DNA of 64,000 nt from positions 8,940-72,939 of the forward strand of contig CAUEFX010000010.1 of the NCBI GenBank assembly GCA_958477465.1, given 5' to 3'. Positions 51,835 through 62,828 of the stretch are shown here, in pieces. The stretch's first letter is position 1; each line of letters begins with the position of its first letter. This stretch comes from an uncultured Bacteroides sp. (GTDB lineage: Bacteria; Bacteroidota; Bacteroidia; Bacteroidales; Bacteroidaceae). The translations under genes and the position numbers were made by a program. The notes under the pieces were generated by a model. The model was not told where the DNA came from and made no database searches. It worked only from the letters and a program-made list of their open reading frames with translations.

Positions 51835-54651
51835 ATGAGAAAATTTTGTTTGTTTTTATTGGCGGTTATCGGAACGTTATTTACAACCTATGCTCAGGTG
51901 GTGATTACTACACCGGAGTTTCCTACAATAGCTACACCGGTAACGATTGTTTTTGATGCTACTCAAGGGAATAGGGGACTGATGGACTATATTGGAGATG
52001 TGTATGCGCATACAGGGGTGATAACCGATGAAAGTGAAAATGACTCCGATTGGCGGTATGCTTCTTTGTGGAATAGCAATGAGGAGAAATATAAGATGGT
52101 TTCTATGGGTGGTAATAAATGGAAACTGGAAATAGCACCTGATATACGTTCCTATTATGGTGCGCCAGTCGGAGAGGTTATTAAGAAGATGGCTTTTGTG
52201 TTCCGTAGTGCCGATCGGACGAAAGAAGGAAAAGATGTTGGTAATAAGGATATCTTTGTCAAAGTATATGAGGAGGGGCTTACGGTTCGTTTTGATTATC
52301 CTACCTCTAATGTCGTGTTGGATAGGGGAGAAATGTTGTCAGTCAAGGCCTCCGCTTCTCTCACGGCAAATATGAATCTGTATATTGATAATCAGCTGAT
52401 TGCTTCTAATAATGGAGTGAGGGAAATTACAGCAAGTCATACTTTCACTGAGAATGGAAACTATGAATTGAGTGTGGAGGCTACTGCTAACGGAACGACA
52501 GAAAGAGTGTCATTAATAGTCAGCGTTTTAGGAGAAAGTCCGCAAGCATCGTGCCCTGAAAATGTTCATCTGGGAATAAACTATACGAGTGATACCGAAT
52601 CCGTATTGGTTCTTCAAGCACCAGGAAAAAAGAATGTTTATGTAGTGGGCGATTTTAATGATTGGAAACTGCAGAGCGATTATCTGCTGAAACGGGACGG
52701 AGAACTTTTCTGGATAGCGTTGAGCAATCTGGAAAAAGGAAAGGAGTATGCTTTTCAATATGTAGTGGATGGAAGTATTTATATAGCTGATCCTTATGCG
52801 GATAAAGTTCTTGATCCTTGGAATGATCCCTATATTCCGGCTTCTGTCTATCCGGAATTGAAAACATATCCTACAGGAAAAACTTCCGGTATTGTGTCTG
52901 TTCTTCAAACCGGGCAACAACCGTATACGTGGCAGGTAGATGACTTTGTGAAACCCGCGAAAGACCAACTCTTGATTTATGAAATGCTTATCCGTGATTT
53001 TACGGAAGAGCATTCATATAAAGCAGCTATGGCGAAATTGGGGTATTTGAAAACTTTGGGGGTAAATGCCATTGAACTGATGCCTGTCAATGAGTTTGAG
53101 GGAAATATCAGTTGGGGATATAATCCTTCGTTTTATTTTGCTGTAGACAAATATTATGGGACAAAAAATGATCTTAAGGCTTTTGTAGATGAATGCCATA
53201 GACTGGGCATAGCGGTCATTCTTGATTTGGTATTGAATCATAGCTATGGGCAATCTCCTTTTTATTTGCTTTATCGTGATGCAGACGGCCGACCTTCATT
53301 AAATAATCCGTGGTACAATCAAAAATCGAATATCGAGAACCCCGGACTTTCGTGGGGGTATGATTTTAACCATGATAGTCCTTACACGCAAGCGCTGGTG
53401 GACAGTGTGGCGGCTTATTGGATGAATGAATATCGGATTGACGGCTTTCGTTACGATTTTACCAAAGGGTTCTCGAACACTTCTTATACAGGAACGAATA
53501 ATTGGGCTGGAAGCTATGATGTAGCGCGTATTCGAAATCTGAAACGAATGGCTGCAGAAGTGTGGAAGCGTAACGGACAGGCTTATGTGATTTGCGAACA
53601 TTTGACGGATTTGCAAGAAGAGAAAGAGCTTGGACAAGCAAATCTTATGTTGTGGAAGAATATGAATAATGCATATTGCCAGACAGCTATGGGGTATTCT
53701 TCCGAGAGTGCATTCACCGGGTTGTATGAGAAGGAAGCAGGTATGCCTTATGGCAGTCTGGTAGGATATATGGAAAGCCATGATGAGGAGAGGGTGGCTT
53801 ATAAGGCTTGGAAGTATGGTGTGAATGGAATAAAGGGAGATTTGACAGGGGGGAATATAGTCCCTACCGAGCATTTTCTGCAAAACCGTATGAGGCAGCT
53901 GGCGGTTAATGCAGCTTTTTTTCTTACTGTTCCCGGAGCTAAAATGATTTGGCAGTTTGGAGAGTTGGGATATGATTATTCTATTAATACCAATACTTCC
54001 GGAACGGCTATTGGGGATTATCGTACAGATCCTAAACCGGTACGTTGGGATTATTATGACAAGCAACGCAGGAAAGAATTGTATGAGGTGTATAGTAAGT
54101 TAATAGGTCTGCGTAAGTCTTATCCTGAGCTTTTTGCATCCGATGCTGTGTTTGATTGGAAGGTGACGGCTAATGATTGGGATAAAGGGCGGTTTATTAC
54201 TATCACAGCTGGGGATAAAGCACTTGTGGTGGTCGGAAATTTCACGGAAAATTCCAACAATTATTCTGTTACTTTCCCTAAAAGTGGTACTTGGTATGAG
54301 TTTATGGATGAAACTTCGACAATAAATGTTTCTCCTTCTACTATTCAGCAAGCAGTGACAGTTCAGTCTTATGGTTTTAAACTCTATACTAATTTCAAAC
54401 CGGATATAACGGGAATTGAAGAAAAAAATCCAGGTGTACAACTGCCAACGGCCTACTATGATGCCGTGTGTGACAAGTTCGTGATAAATGGAGAGGCTTC
54501 TCTTGTAGAAATTTATTCTGTTAACGGAGTATTGGTTCAGAAAGAGAGAAATTGTTCGACTGTCGGACTTTCTGATTTACAACCAGGGGGGTACATTGCA
54601 CGCCTCTATACTAAAAGTGGTAAAATTGAGACGTATAAGATAATAAAGTAG
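51835..54651 (+). CDS. Secreted GH13 alpha-amylase/pullulanase-type enzyme with CBM48 and probable T9SS C-terminal domain
   Basis: IYEMLIRDFT, WGYNP, DLVLNH, DGFRYD, ESHDEER; C-terminal IYSVNG..GGYIARL..KIIK. Confidence 0.88.
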   Translation: MRKFCLFLLAVIGTLFTTYAQVVITTPEFPTIATPVTIVFDATQGNRGLMDYIGDVYAHTGVITDESENDSDWRYASLWNSNEEKYKMVSMGGNKWKLEIAPDIRSYYGAPVGEVIKKMAFVFRSADRTKEGKDVGNKDIFVKVYEEGLTVRFDYPTSNVVLDRGEMLSVKASASLTANMNLYIDNQLIASNNGVREITASHTFTENGNYELSVEATANGTTERVSLIVSVLGESPQASCPENVHLGINYTSDTESVLVLQAPGKKNVYVVGDFNDWKLQSDYLLKRDGELFWIALSNLEKGKEYAFQYVVDGSIYIADPYADKVLDPWNDPYIPASVYPELKTYPTGKTSGIVSVLQTGQQPYTWQVDDFVKPAKDQLLIYEMLIRDFTEEHSYKAAMAKLGYLKTLGVNAIELMPVNEFEGNISWGYNPSFYFAVDKYYGTKNDLKAFVDECHRLGIAVILDLVLNHSYGQSPFYLLYRDADGRPSLNNPWYNQKSNIENPGLSWGYDFNHDSPYTQALVDSVAAYWMNEYRIDGFRYDFTKGFSNTSYTGTNNWAGSYDVARIRNLKRMAAEVWKRNGQAYVICEHLTDLQEEKELGQANLMLWKNMNNAYCQTAMGYSSESAFTGLYEKEAGMPYGSLVGYMESHDEERVAYKAWKYGVNGIKGDLTGGNIVPTEHFLQNRMRQLAVNAAFFLTVPGAKMIWQFGELGYDYSINTNTSGTAIGDYRTDPKPVRWDYYDKQRRKELYEVYSKLIGLRKSYPELFASDAVFDWKVTANDWDKGRFITITAGDKALVVVGNFTENSNNYSVTFPKSGTWYEFMDETSTINVSPSTIQQAVTVQSYGFKLYTNFKPDITGIEEKNPGVQLPTAYYDAVCDKFVINGEASLVEIYSVNGVLVQKERNCSTVGLSDLQPGGYIARLYTKSGKIETYKIIK

Positions 54652-54737
54652 TAAAGAGTTACTATGTGCATATAACGAAAAAGAGGAAATTCCATTTCGG
54701 AATTTCCTCTTTTTCTACCTCTTTAAAAGAGAGTAGA

Positions 54738-54992
54738 TTATTTTTTCTTACGGTCACCGTAGCGGCTCATGAACTTATCAACACGACCTGCTGTATCTAC
54801 CAAAGTAGATTTACCAGTATAGAACGGGTGAGAAGTGTTAGAGATTTCTATCTTCAGCAACGGATAAGTTTCACCTTCGAATTCGATGGTTTCTTTCGTG
54901 TTAACTGTAGATCTTGACAAAAACATATCGCCATTTGACATATCTTTGAATACTACCGGACGGTATGATTCTGGATGAATACCTTTTTTCAT
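54738..54992 (-). CDS. rpmE2: 50S ribosomal protein L31 type B
   Basis: [17 protein letters not shown]...SHPFYTGK...AGRVDKF; no Zn-binding Cys. Confidence 0.95.
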   Translation of the reverse strand: MKKGIHPESYRPVVFKDMSNGDMFLSRSTVNTKETIEFEGETYPLLKIEISNTSHPFYTGKSTLVDTAGRVDKFMSRYGDRKKK

Positions 54993-55166
54993 TTCAGTAT
55001 TTGTTTTTAATTATTATATCGTTTACTATTTGGTAAGAATAGTGTAATGGTCATTTTCAGTGCGCAAAGATAATGCTTTTTTCGTGAAATGGAAAAAAGT
55101 TCTTGAAAAAAACGGGCTGTCTCACTTTTTTTTTAGACTTTTGCAGAAAATAAAGAGACTTATTGT

Positions 55167-56180
55167 ATGAAGAAATTGATTGTTACAACTGTTGTCCTGC
55201 TGTTTGCAGTAATTGCCGGACAAGCTCAGGAGAAGAAAAAGGGGCTGTATAGCGTAGCTTTTTATAATCTTGAAAATCTGTTTGATACTATTCACGATGC
55301 CGGTAAGAACGATTATGAGTATCTTCCCGATGCACCGAAACAGTGGAATACGGAGAAGTATGTGTCGAAGTTGAAAAATCTCTCGAAAGTGCTCAGTGAG
55401 CTGTCGCGGGACAAGGTACCGGAAGGACCTGCTGTGATCGGAGTGGCAGAGGCGGAAAACAGACGTGTTCTGGACGATTTGGTCGGGCAGCCGGCACTGG
55501 CTTCCACAGGATATCGTGTCGTGCATTATGAAGGACCGGACAAGCGAGGAATCGATTGTGCGCTGTTGTACGACCCGAAACAGTTTGCGGTTTCATCCAG
55601 TAAGTTGGTGCTTTCCCAGCCTTTTGAAGGAGATACGATACATAAAACACGCGGGTTTCTTATCGTGAGTGGTAAACTTGCCGGGGAGCCGGTCTGCTTT
55701 ATTGTCAATCACTGGCCTTCACGCGGAGCGGCCGAACCTGTACGGATTCATGCGGCACGACAGGTACGTGCATTGACAGACTCACTGCAGCGTGAAAATA
55801 AGAAATTGAAATTGATCGTGATGGGGGATATGAACGATGATCCGATGGATAATAGCATGTTGACCCTTGGAGCGAAAAAATACAGAAAAGAGGTAGAAAA
55901 AGGGGATTTCTTCAATCCATGGTGGGAAACACTGGAGGATAAGGGAGTAGGAACGTTGCTTTATCGGGGGAAATGGAACCTTTTCGATCAGATAGTGCTA
56001 TCCTCTACACTGCTGAAGAAGAGGGGATTGAAATATGATCATAATGAAGTTTTCATTCGTGAATATCTTTTTCAGCAGGATGGGAAATACAAAGGTTCTC
56101 CTCTGCGGACACACGGAGGGAAATTGTGGCTGAACGGCTACAGTGACCATTTGCCTACCATTATTTATCTGAAGAAATAG
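55167..56180 (+). CDS. Endonuclease/exonuclease/phosphatase family secreted protein
   Basis: FYNLENLFD, NHWPSR, MGDMND, GYSDHLP. Confidence 0.88.
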   Translation: MKKLIVTTVVLLFAVIAGQAQEKKKGLYSVAFYNLENLFDTIHDAGKNDYEYLPDAPKQWNTEKYVSKLKNLSKVLSELSRDKVPEGPAVIGVAEAENRRVLDDLVGQPALASTGYRVVHYEGPDKRGIDCALLYDPKQFAVSSSKLVLSQPFEGDTIHKTRGFLIVSGKLAGEPVCFIVNHWPSRGAAEPVRIHAARQVRALTDSLQRENKKLKLIVMGDMNDDPMDNSMLTLGAKKYRKEVEKGDFFNPWWETLEDKGVGTLLYRGKWNLFDQIVLSSTLLKKRGLKYDHNEVFIREYLFQQDGKYKGSPLRTHGGKLWLNGYSDHLPTIIYLKK

Positions 56181-56383
56181 AATCGGTTTTATCTGAAGAA
56201 GTAAAAATCCGTCTTTGCTACATAGAGATTACAATCAACTCTTAAATGATATTGAATACTATAAAATAGAATTGATTTGTACGCTGTAGCGGGGATATTT
56301 CTTACGCTTTGGTTTTGTATTAAAACTATTATGTGTACTTTTGCATAGAATTTTTATTCACTAACAATAAACTTTTAAACAAA

Positions 56384-57388
56384 ATGGTAAATTACAAAGA
56401 TTTAGGATTGGTAAACACCAGAGAGATGTTTGCTAAGGCTATCAAAGGCGGATATGCTATTCCGGCTTTCAACTTCAACAATATGGAACAGATGCAGGCT
56501 ATCATCCAGGCTGCTGTAGAAACAAAATCTCCGGTTATTCTTCAGGTTTCTAAAGGTGCCCGCCAATATGCTAACGCTACTCTGTTGCGTTACATGGCTC
56601 AAGGTGCTGTAGAATATGCAAAAGAATTGGGTTGCGCACATCCCGAAATCGTTTTGCACCTTGACCACGGAGATACTTTCGAAACTTGCAAGAGCTGTAT
56701 CGATTCAGGTTTCTCTTCAGTGATGATCGACGGTTCTCACCTTCCTTATGAAGAGAATGTAGCTTTGACTAAGAAAGTTGTAGACTATGCTCATCAGTTT
56801 GATGTAACTGTAGAAGGAGAACTTGGTGTATTGGCCGGTGTAGAAGATGAGGTTTCTTCAGATCACCACACTTACACTGACCCGGAAGAGGTAATCGACT
56901 TTGCTACACGTACAGGTTGCGATTCATTGGCTATCTCTATCGGTACTTCTCACGGTGCTTACAAATTCACTCCGGAACAGTGTCATATCGATCCGAAGAC
57001 CGGTCGTATGGTTCCTCCTCCTTTGGCATTCAATGTATTGGACGCTGTAATGGAGAAACTTCCGGGATTCCCCATCGTTCTTCACGGATCATCTTCTGTT
57101 CCTCAGGAAGAAGTGGATACAATCAACAAATACGGTGGTGCACTGAAAGCTGCTATCGGTATTCCTGAAGAAGAACTGCGTAAAGCTGCTAAGTCTGCAG
57201 TTTGCAAAATCAACATCGACTCAGACTCTCGTTTGGCTATGACTGCTGCTATCCGTAAGGTATTTGCAGAAAAACCGGCAGAGTTCGACCCGCGTAAATA
57301 TCTGGGACCGGCTCGTGACAACATGAGAAAACTGTACGAGCACAAAATTGTCAATGTGCTTGGCTCAGACAACAAACTGGCTCAGTAA
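56384..57388 (+). CDS. fba: Class II fructose-1,6-bisphosphate aldolase
   Basis: LHLDHG, VMIDGSH, VEGELG, GTSHGAYK, VLHGSS, KINIDSD. Confidence 0.95.
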   Translation: MVNYKDLGLVNTREMFAKAIKGGYAIPAFNFNNMEQMQAIIQAAVETKSPVILQVSKGARQYANATLLRYMAQGAVEYAKELGCAHPEIVLHLDHGDTFETCKSCIDSGFSSVMIDGSHLPYEENVALTKKVVDYAHQFDVTVEGELGVLAGVEDEVSSDHHTYTDPEEVIDFATRTGCDSLAISIGTSHGAYKFTPEQCHIDPKTGRMVPPPLAFNVLDAVMEKLPGFPIVLHGSSSVPQEEVDTINKYGGALKAAIGIPEEELRKAAKSAVCKINIDSDSRLAMTAAIRKVFAEKPAEFDPRKYLGPARDNMRKLYEHKIVNVLGSDNKLAQ

Positions 57389-57405
57389 GAAATAAGTTGA
57401 GATAA

Positions 57406-57490
57406 GAAAGAGGTTGTGTCAAAACGCTGGCACAACCTTTTTTTATGCACAAGGGGATGTGTCAAAACTAAGGCACATCCCCTTTTTTTA
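57406..57490. terminator. Two tandem related hairpins between convergent fba and GH13 genes
   Basis: GGTTGTGTC..GGCACAACC-Tn and AAGGGGATGTGTC..GGCACATCCCCTT-Tn. Confidence 0.7.
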
Positions 57491-57540
57491 TCACACACGA
57501 GCATAGGGAGAAACAACTAATCATCCTTGGTGCTGTTTCT

Positions 57541-59397
57541 TTATGGAAACAGTTCAATCACCAAAGATTCTCTTGGAGACATCGTCAGCTCACCGTTCAG
57601 ACGGATGGTTTTTCCGGTCAGAATATCCTTTCCTTGGGCATCGTCTTTCAGTATCTCTTTATAGTATTTTAGCGGTAGGGTGGTTGTTTCATCCGTACCG
57701 TTTAGCATTACAAATACAGTTTTACCGTCGTATTGGCGGGCGTATGCATATACTCCGTTTTGCACCATGAATTGTGTCATGCTGCCTTTGGCTATTATCT
57801 CGTTGCCTTTGCGCCAGTTCAGCAATGTTTTGTAGAAGTTATAACACTCATTTTGCAATGGGGTACGTCCTTCGGCTGTCAGTGCATTCGCTTTGTCGTC
57901 ACTCCAGCCGCCGGGGAAGTCCTTGCGCACATAACCGTCACTTTGGCTCTTCACGCCATTCATGATTATTTCTGTACCATAATATAATTGCGGAATGCGG
58001 CGGGTAGTCAGCAATAGGGTAGAGGCTTGCTTTAACATCGGAAGATTGTCGCCCTCACCTAAAAAACGGTCTGTATCGTGGTTTTCGATAAATGCCAATA
58101 CCGAAGCAGGATCGGGATATAAGAAATCATAGACAAAGCTATTGTATACACGGTCCAATCCTTTGAACCAAGTCTCCGTTTGTTCATTCTTGGCAGTGTT
58201 GATTTTGTCGAAGAAGCTGAAATCCATTACGGTTTTCAGGTTACTGTTTCGAGGGGCGGACAGTTTTGAGTCTTTCTGCCACCAGGCTGTGTAAGCCGGT
58301 TCGGTTACCCAGGTCTCTCCAACGGTATTGTAGTTGGGATATTCATCATTCAGCTCTTTCATCCAGTTGCTCATAGCGTCATAGTCTGCATACGGATAGG
58401 TGTCCATGCGGATACCATCGATTCCGGCATATTCAATCCACCAGAAACTGTTCTGTACCAGATACCTGTAAACGTGCGGGTTCTTTTGATTCAGATCGGG
58501 CATTACCGATACGAACCAACCGTCGTTCATCTGGTCAAAATCATACTTGGATGTATAAGGATCGACATGAGGTGTCAGTTTGAAAGAGGTCTGTACAAAG
58601 TTATTCTCATAGTCGGGGTTGTTGAAGAAATCTTTTGAAGGCATGTCTTTTATCCAGGGATGCTCTGAACCGCAATGGTTGAAAATCATATCCATTACAA
58701 TCTTGATGCCCCGGTCGTGAGAGCGGGCTATCAGTTGGCGGTATTCTTCGTTTGTGCCGAAACGGGGATCTACTTTGTAATAATCCGTAGTGGCATAGCC
58801 GTGATAGGAACCGCCTTCCATGTCGTTTTCCAAAACCGGAGTGAACCAGAGGGCCGTAACGCCCAGGTCTTCGAAATAATCCAGATTCTGCTCGATACCT
58901 GCCAAATCACCTCCATGACGGGCATTCGGATCATTGCGGTCTACCTTATACGGAGACATACCGGCGATGTTGTCATTCTCCGGATTGCCATTTGCAAAAC
59001 GATCCGGCATGAGCAGATAAAGAGCGTCGGAAGCATCGAAACCTCTATGTTCACAACCTTTCTTATCACGGGCTTTCAGCTCATATTCTTTCACCAGTTT
59101 CTTCTTGCCGATGGTAAAGGTCAGAGGAAATTTACCGGGCTTCACATCTTTATCCAGATGAAGATAGACGAGCAGATAATTATCACTTTCCAGTTTCACT
59201 GTGCTACTGAGTGAGATTCCGGGATAGTTTACGGAAACGGAAGCATTGCCGATACCTTCACCGTAAATCATTAGTTGGAGTTCCGGGCTTTTCATGCCGG
59301 CATACCAGAAAGGCGGGTCGATTTTGTTCACGTTCATAGCTGCATAAGTGCTAAGAGACAGTAGGAAAGAACCTAAGATAAAAAAGATTTTCTTCAT
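57541..59397 (-). CDS. susA: GH13 neopullulanase/cyclomaltodextrinase (SusA-like)
   Basis: YLLMPDRFANG, YHGYATTDYY, DMIFNH, DGIRMDTYPY, VGETW, ENHDTDRF. Confidence 0.85.
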   Translation of the reverse strand: MKKIFFILGSFLLSLSTYAAMNVNKIDPPFWYAGMKSPELQLMIYGEGIGNASVSVNYPGISLSSTVKLESDNYLLVYLHLDKDVKPGKFPLTFTIGKKKLVKEYELKARDKKGCEHRGFDASDALYLLMPDRFANGNPENDNIAGMSPYKVDRNDPNARHGGDLAGIEQNLDYFEDLGVTALWFTPVLENDMEGGSYHGYATTDYYKVDPRFGTNEEYRQLIARSHDRGIKIVMDMIFNHCGSEHPWIKDMPSKDFFNNPDYENNFVQTSFKLTPHVDPYTSKYDFDQMNDGWFVSVMPDLNQKNPHVYRYLVQNSFWWIEYAGIDGIRMDTYPYADYDAMSNWMKELNDEYPNYNTVGETWVTEPAYTAWWQKDSKLSAPRNSNLKTVMDFSFFDKINTAKNEQTETWFKGLDRVYNSFVYDFLYPDPASVLAFIENHDTDRFLGEGDNLPMLKQASTLLLTTRRIPQLYYGTEIIMNGVKSQSDGYVRKDFPGGWSDDKANALTAEGRTPLQNECYNFYKTLLNWRKGNEIIAKGSMTQFMVQNGVYAYARQYDGKTVFVMLNGTDETTTLPLKYYKEILKDDAQGKDILTGKTIRLNGELTMSPRESLVIELFP

Positions 59398-59486
59398 GAT
59401 ATTAGCGTGTTATAGAATTTAACGCTAATATAGGACTATTTGTCGAGAGGCTCTTTCCTTTCTTTTCGTGTACCCTTTATATATTT

Positions 59487-59500
59487 ATGCAAACGTTTTC
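59487..59500. promoter_or_regulatory. Probable LacI-type operator upstream of the susA-like gene
   Basis: ATGCAAACGTTTTC matches the 44794 palindrome. Confidence 0.6.
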
Positions 59501-60821
59501 ACTCCTTGACCGGAATGCCGTTTTTCATGAAATCTTCTTCTTTTGCTTTCTCTTTCAGTTTCTTCAGAGTTTTTGCGGCCAATCGGTAATAATATTCCGT
59601 ATCTATCTCCGTTTCTCCATTTTCATTTATCTTTAGGTCATTCCCTTGGGTGTCTTTGGGGCGTGTCTTTAAGAATGCTTCCAGATAATGCGTTGCGTTC
59701 TTGTTGTCTTTCATGAAAAGATAATTGGTGGCAATGTCGTAAAGAAGTTTGTGGTTGGTCTTGTCATATTTGTACTGGTCTTTTGCAGCTTGTATGGCTT
59801 TGGCCGGTTCTTGTCCTAACCTGCAACATTCTCGCAAGCCTTTGTAGAGACGTATCATCGCACTGTCCTGTGGCAGACTCAGATTGATGGCGGTTTCCAT
59901 ATATTCGATTCCTTGTTTTTTCCAGGATGTTTTTGCGCAGGAACGTCCCAGATAATAAAGCAGGTTTATATTCTGGGGATCATGCTTACGGGCTATTTCG
60001 AGCATGTCGCGTGCCTCATAAAATCTTTCGGTGGCATAGTAACTTACTCCTAAATAATAGTATGTATGAAATGAACTGTCTTGTTGACTTACCAGATACT
60101 CATATCGCTTGATCGCCGTAGGATAATCTCCCGAAAGACAATATGCCTGTGCATTCTGGCGGTTTACTACCACGTTGGTGGTGTCGTTTTCTCGATATTT
60201 TTCTGTTGCTTCGATGGCATAGTCGTAGAATTGCATTGCATTGTAGATTTGCCCTAACTTGGCGGCTGCCAAATAGTCATCGGGGTATTTGTCTTGAATA
60301 ACGTGGTAACATCCCAAGGCTGCATCCATAAAATCGGCCTTTCCTTCCAGGCTTTGTGCTTGCAGATGTAGCACTACTACCGAACTGTCGGTTTCTGCCA
60401 ATACACTGCTTTCTCCGAATGCTTCTTCATATTGTTGAAGATAACACAACAGGCTGATGTATTGGATGCGCACATATTTATTGTCTGGCTGAATGTCTAT
60501 TGCTTTTTGATAATACTTCAGTGCATCCTGATATTTGGCCGATTGCTTGCAGCATTCGGCTGCTTCGATGAAGGCCCGTTGATTCAGGCTATCGACGGAT
60601 ATGATCTGCCGGAAGGTATGGAGCGCTTCTGAATTGCGGCCTAATGACTTGAGCGCTTTTCCTTTTTGAAACAGTAGCTCGGCAGTTGGTTGTTCTTTGT
60701 CTATCAGCATGATTGCTTGTTCATAATCGTAGTTGCTCATTGCTTCTTGAATCGACTTCGTGTGTTGGGCAAGTAATGTATTGCTGATACCGAAAAGTAG
60801 TAGGAGGATGAACTGTTTCAT
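59499..60821 (-). CDS. Secreted TPR-repeat protein
   Basis: Signal peptide MKQFILLLLFG; repeated TPR-like helices. Confidence 0.82.
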   Translation of the reverse strand: MKQFILLLLFGISNTLLAQHTKSIQEAMSNYDYEQAIMLIDKEQPTAELLFQKGKALKSLGRNSEALHTFRQIISVDSLNQRAFIEAAECCKQSAKYQDALKYYQKAIDIQPDNKYVRIQYISLLCYLQQYEEAFGESSVLAETDSSVVVLHLQAQSLEGKADFMDAALGCYHVIQDKYPDDYLAAAKLGQIYNAMQFYDYAIEATEKYRENDTTNVVVNRQNAQAYCLSGDYPTAIKRYEYLVSQQDSSFHTYYYLGVSYYATERFYEARDMLEIARKHDPQNINLLYYLGRSCAKTSWKKQGIEYMETAINLSLPQDSAMIRLYKGLRECCRLGQEPAKAIQAAKDQYKYDKTNHKLLYDIATNYLFMKDNKNATHYLEAFLKTRPKDTQGNDLKINENGETEIDTEYYYRLAAKTLKKLKEKAKEEDFMKNGIPVKE

Positions 60822-61202
60822 GATGTCTGGATTTACTGTATTCTTATTATGTTGTATTCTTATATATTGTATCCATATTATATTGTATGGACTCACTTAA
60901 TCTCGATCTCGGCTGCAAGTTTAGTGAAAAAGATTATTGCTACGAAATATTCGTAGATTCTTTTAGATAGATTAACCTGAATTCGAAAGACCTGCCATTT
61001 CGTTTGGCTCTCACCTCTTTCCGGAGAAGTAGAGGGCGAAGAATGGGGGGAAGAATTTTGAGTGAACGCACCGTAGTTGAAAATTCTGGGGCACTTTTCA
61101 TTCTTGGGTATGCAAAAAGCGCCCCCTGCATGCAGGAAGCGCTTTTCTTGATTATCATACTTAGCGTCTGTTTTTTTAATAGGAACAGACCCTTACTCTT
61201 TT

Positions 61203-62363
61203 TTACATGAGGAATCCCAACAGGATACCGGCAGCAACTGCCGAGCCGATTACACCTGCTACATTCGGACCCATGGCATGCATCAACAGGTAGTTGGTCG
61301 GATCGTATTCCAAACCTACAATCTGTGAAATACGTGCAGAATCAGGAACTGCAGATACACCTGCGTTACCAATCAGCGGATTGATCTTGTTGCCTTTTTT
61401 GAGGAAAAGATTGAAGAACTTCACGAACAATACACCGGCTGCCGTAGCAATGACAAATGAGAGGGCACCCAGAATAAAGATCTGTACCGAACTCCAGGTT
61501 AAGAATTCGGAAGCTTGTGTGGAAGCACCTACCGTCAGTCCCAGTAAGATAGTGATTGTATCGATCAGCGGGCCACTGGCTGTGTTGGCCAAACGACGGG
61601 TTACACCGCTTTCCTTCAATAAATTACCGAAGAACAGCATACCCAATAATGGCAGACCCGAAGGTACGAGGAAGGTTGTGAGCAACAGACCTACAATCGG
61701 GAAGATAACCTTTTCTGTATGAGATACGGTTCTTGGCGGTTTCATACGGATCACACGTTCTTTTTTTGTTGTCAGCAGACGCATGATAGGTGGCTGTATC
61801 ACCGGAACCAATGCCATGTATGAATAAGCCGACACGGCAATAGCACCCATCAGGTTCGGGGCCAGTTTAGATGAAAGGAAGATCGCTGTAGGGCCATCCG
61901 CACCACCGATAATGCCGATAGCACCGGCTTGATTCGGTTCGAAGCCCATAAGGAGCGCGATGATGTAAGCACCGAAGATACCGAATTGTGCGGCAGCTCC
62001 GATCAACATCAGTTTCGGATTGGAAATCAATGCCGAGAAGTCCGTCATGGCTCCGATACCTAAGAAAATAAGTGGCGGATACCAACCGGAAGTTACCCCC
62101 TGATAGAGTATATTCAGCACGGAACCTTCTTCATAGATGCCTACTTTCAGTCCGGCTTCCATGTTGAAGGGAATATTACCGATGAGGATACCGAAACCGA
62201 TAGGGATAAGAAGCATCGGTTCAAACTCTTTGGCTATCGCAAGGTAGATGAAAAAGAGCCCGACCAGCAGCATGACAAAATGCTCCGGAGTGGCATTGGC
62301 AAAGCCTGTATACCCCCAGAAGTCAACAAGGTTATTCCCCAAGAATGATAAGAAATCTCCCAT
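61203..62363 (-). CDS. mmdB: Na+-translocating decarboxylase beta subunit
   Basis: [37 protein letters not shown]. Confidence 0.92.
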   Translation of the reverse strand: MGDFLSFLGNNLVDFWGYTGFANATPEHFVMLLVGLFFIYLAIAKEFEPMLLIPIGFGILIGNIPFNMEAGLKVGIYEEGSVLNILYQGVTSGWYPPLIFLGIGAMTDFSALISNPKLMLIGAAAQFGIFGAYIIALLMGFEPNQAGAIGIIGGADGPTAIFLSSKLAPNLMGAIAVSAYSYMALVPVIQPPIMRLLTTKKERVIRMKPPRTVSHTEKVIFPIVGLLLTTFLVPSGLPLLGMLFFGNLLKESGVTRRLANTASGPLIDTITILLGLTVGASTQASEFLTWSSVQIFILGALSFVIATAAGVLFVKFFNLFLKKGNKINPLIGNAGVSAVPDSARISQIVGLEYDPTNYLLMHAMGPNVAGVIGSAVAAGILLGFLM

Positions 62364-62365
62364 AA

Positions 62366-62803
62366 TTATTCAATGATTACGAGATCTGTACCTTCCAGTA
62401 CGGAGTCTCCTTGTTTAACTTTGATTTCTGCAACCTTTCCATCCTTGTGTGCGTTGATATTGTTTTCCATTTTCATGGCTTCAAGGATGATTACGGTCTG
62501 GCCTTTCTTCACGATATCTCCTTCTTTTATCTTAATGTCGAGGATAACACCCGGCAGCGGAGATTTGACGCCGTCTTTTTTCCCGGAGTTTGCTGGACGT
62601 TGTACCACCGGTGCGCCACTGTTTGTCTTTGGAGCAGCGGCCGGGCGGGTTACGGGTTTCGGAGCAGCAGTAGGTTTCACCGGTTTGTCCAGTTCCACTT
62701 TGTAAGGAGTTCCGTTTACCTCAACGTTCACGATGTTTTCTTCCGGATCGTTTACTGTAACATTGTAGAGGTTTCCGTTGATTTTATATTTATATTGTTT
62801 CAT
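62366..62803 (-). CDS. mmdC: Biotin carboxyl carrier subunit
   Basis: EAMKM biotinylation motif, Pro/Ala linker. Confidence 0.9.
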   Translation of the reverse strand: MKQYKYKINGNLYNVTVNDPEENIVNVEVNGTPYKVELDKPVKPTAAPKPVTRPAAAPKTNSGAPVVQRPANSGKKDGVKSPLPGVILDIKIKEGDIVKKGQTVIILEAMKMENNINAHKDGKVAEIKVKQGDSVLEGTDLVIIE

Positions 62804-62828
62804 TGCTTCAATTTATTAGGGTTAATAA

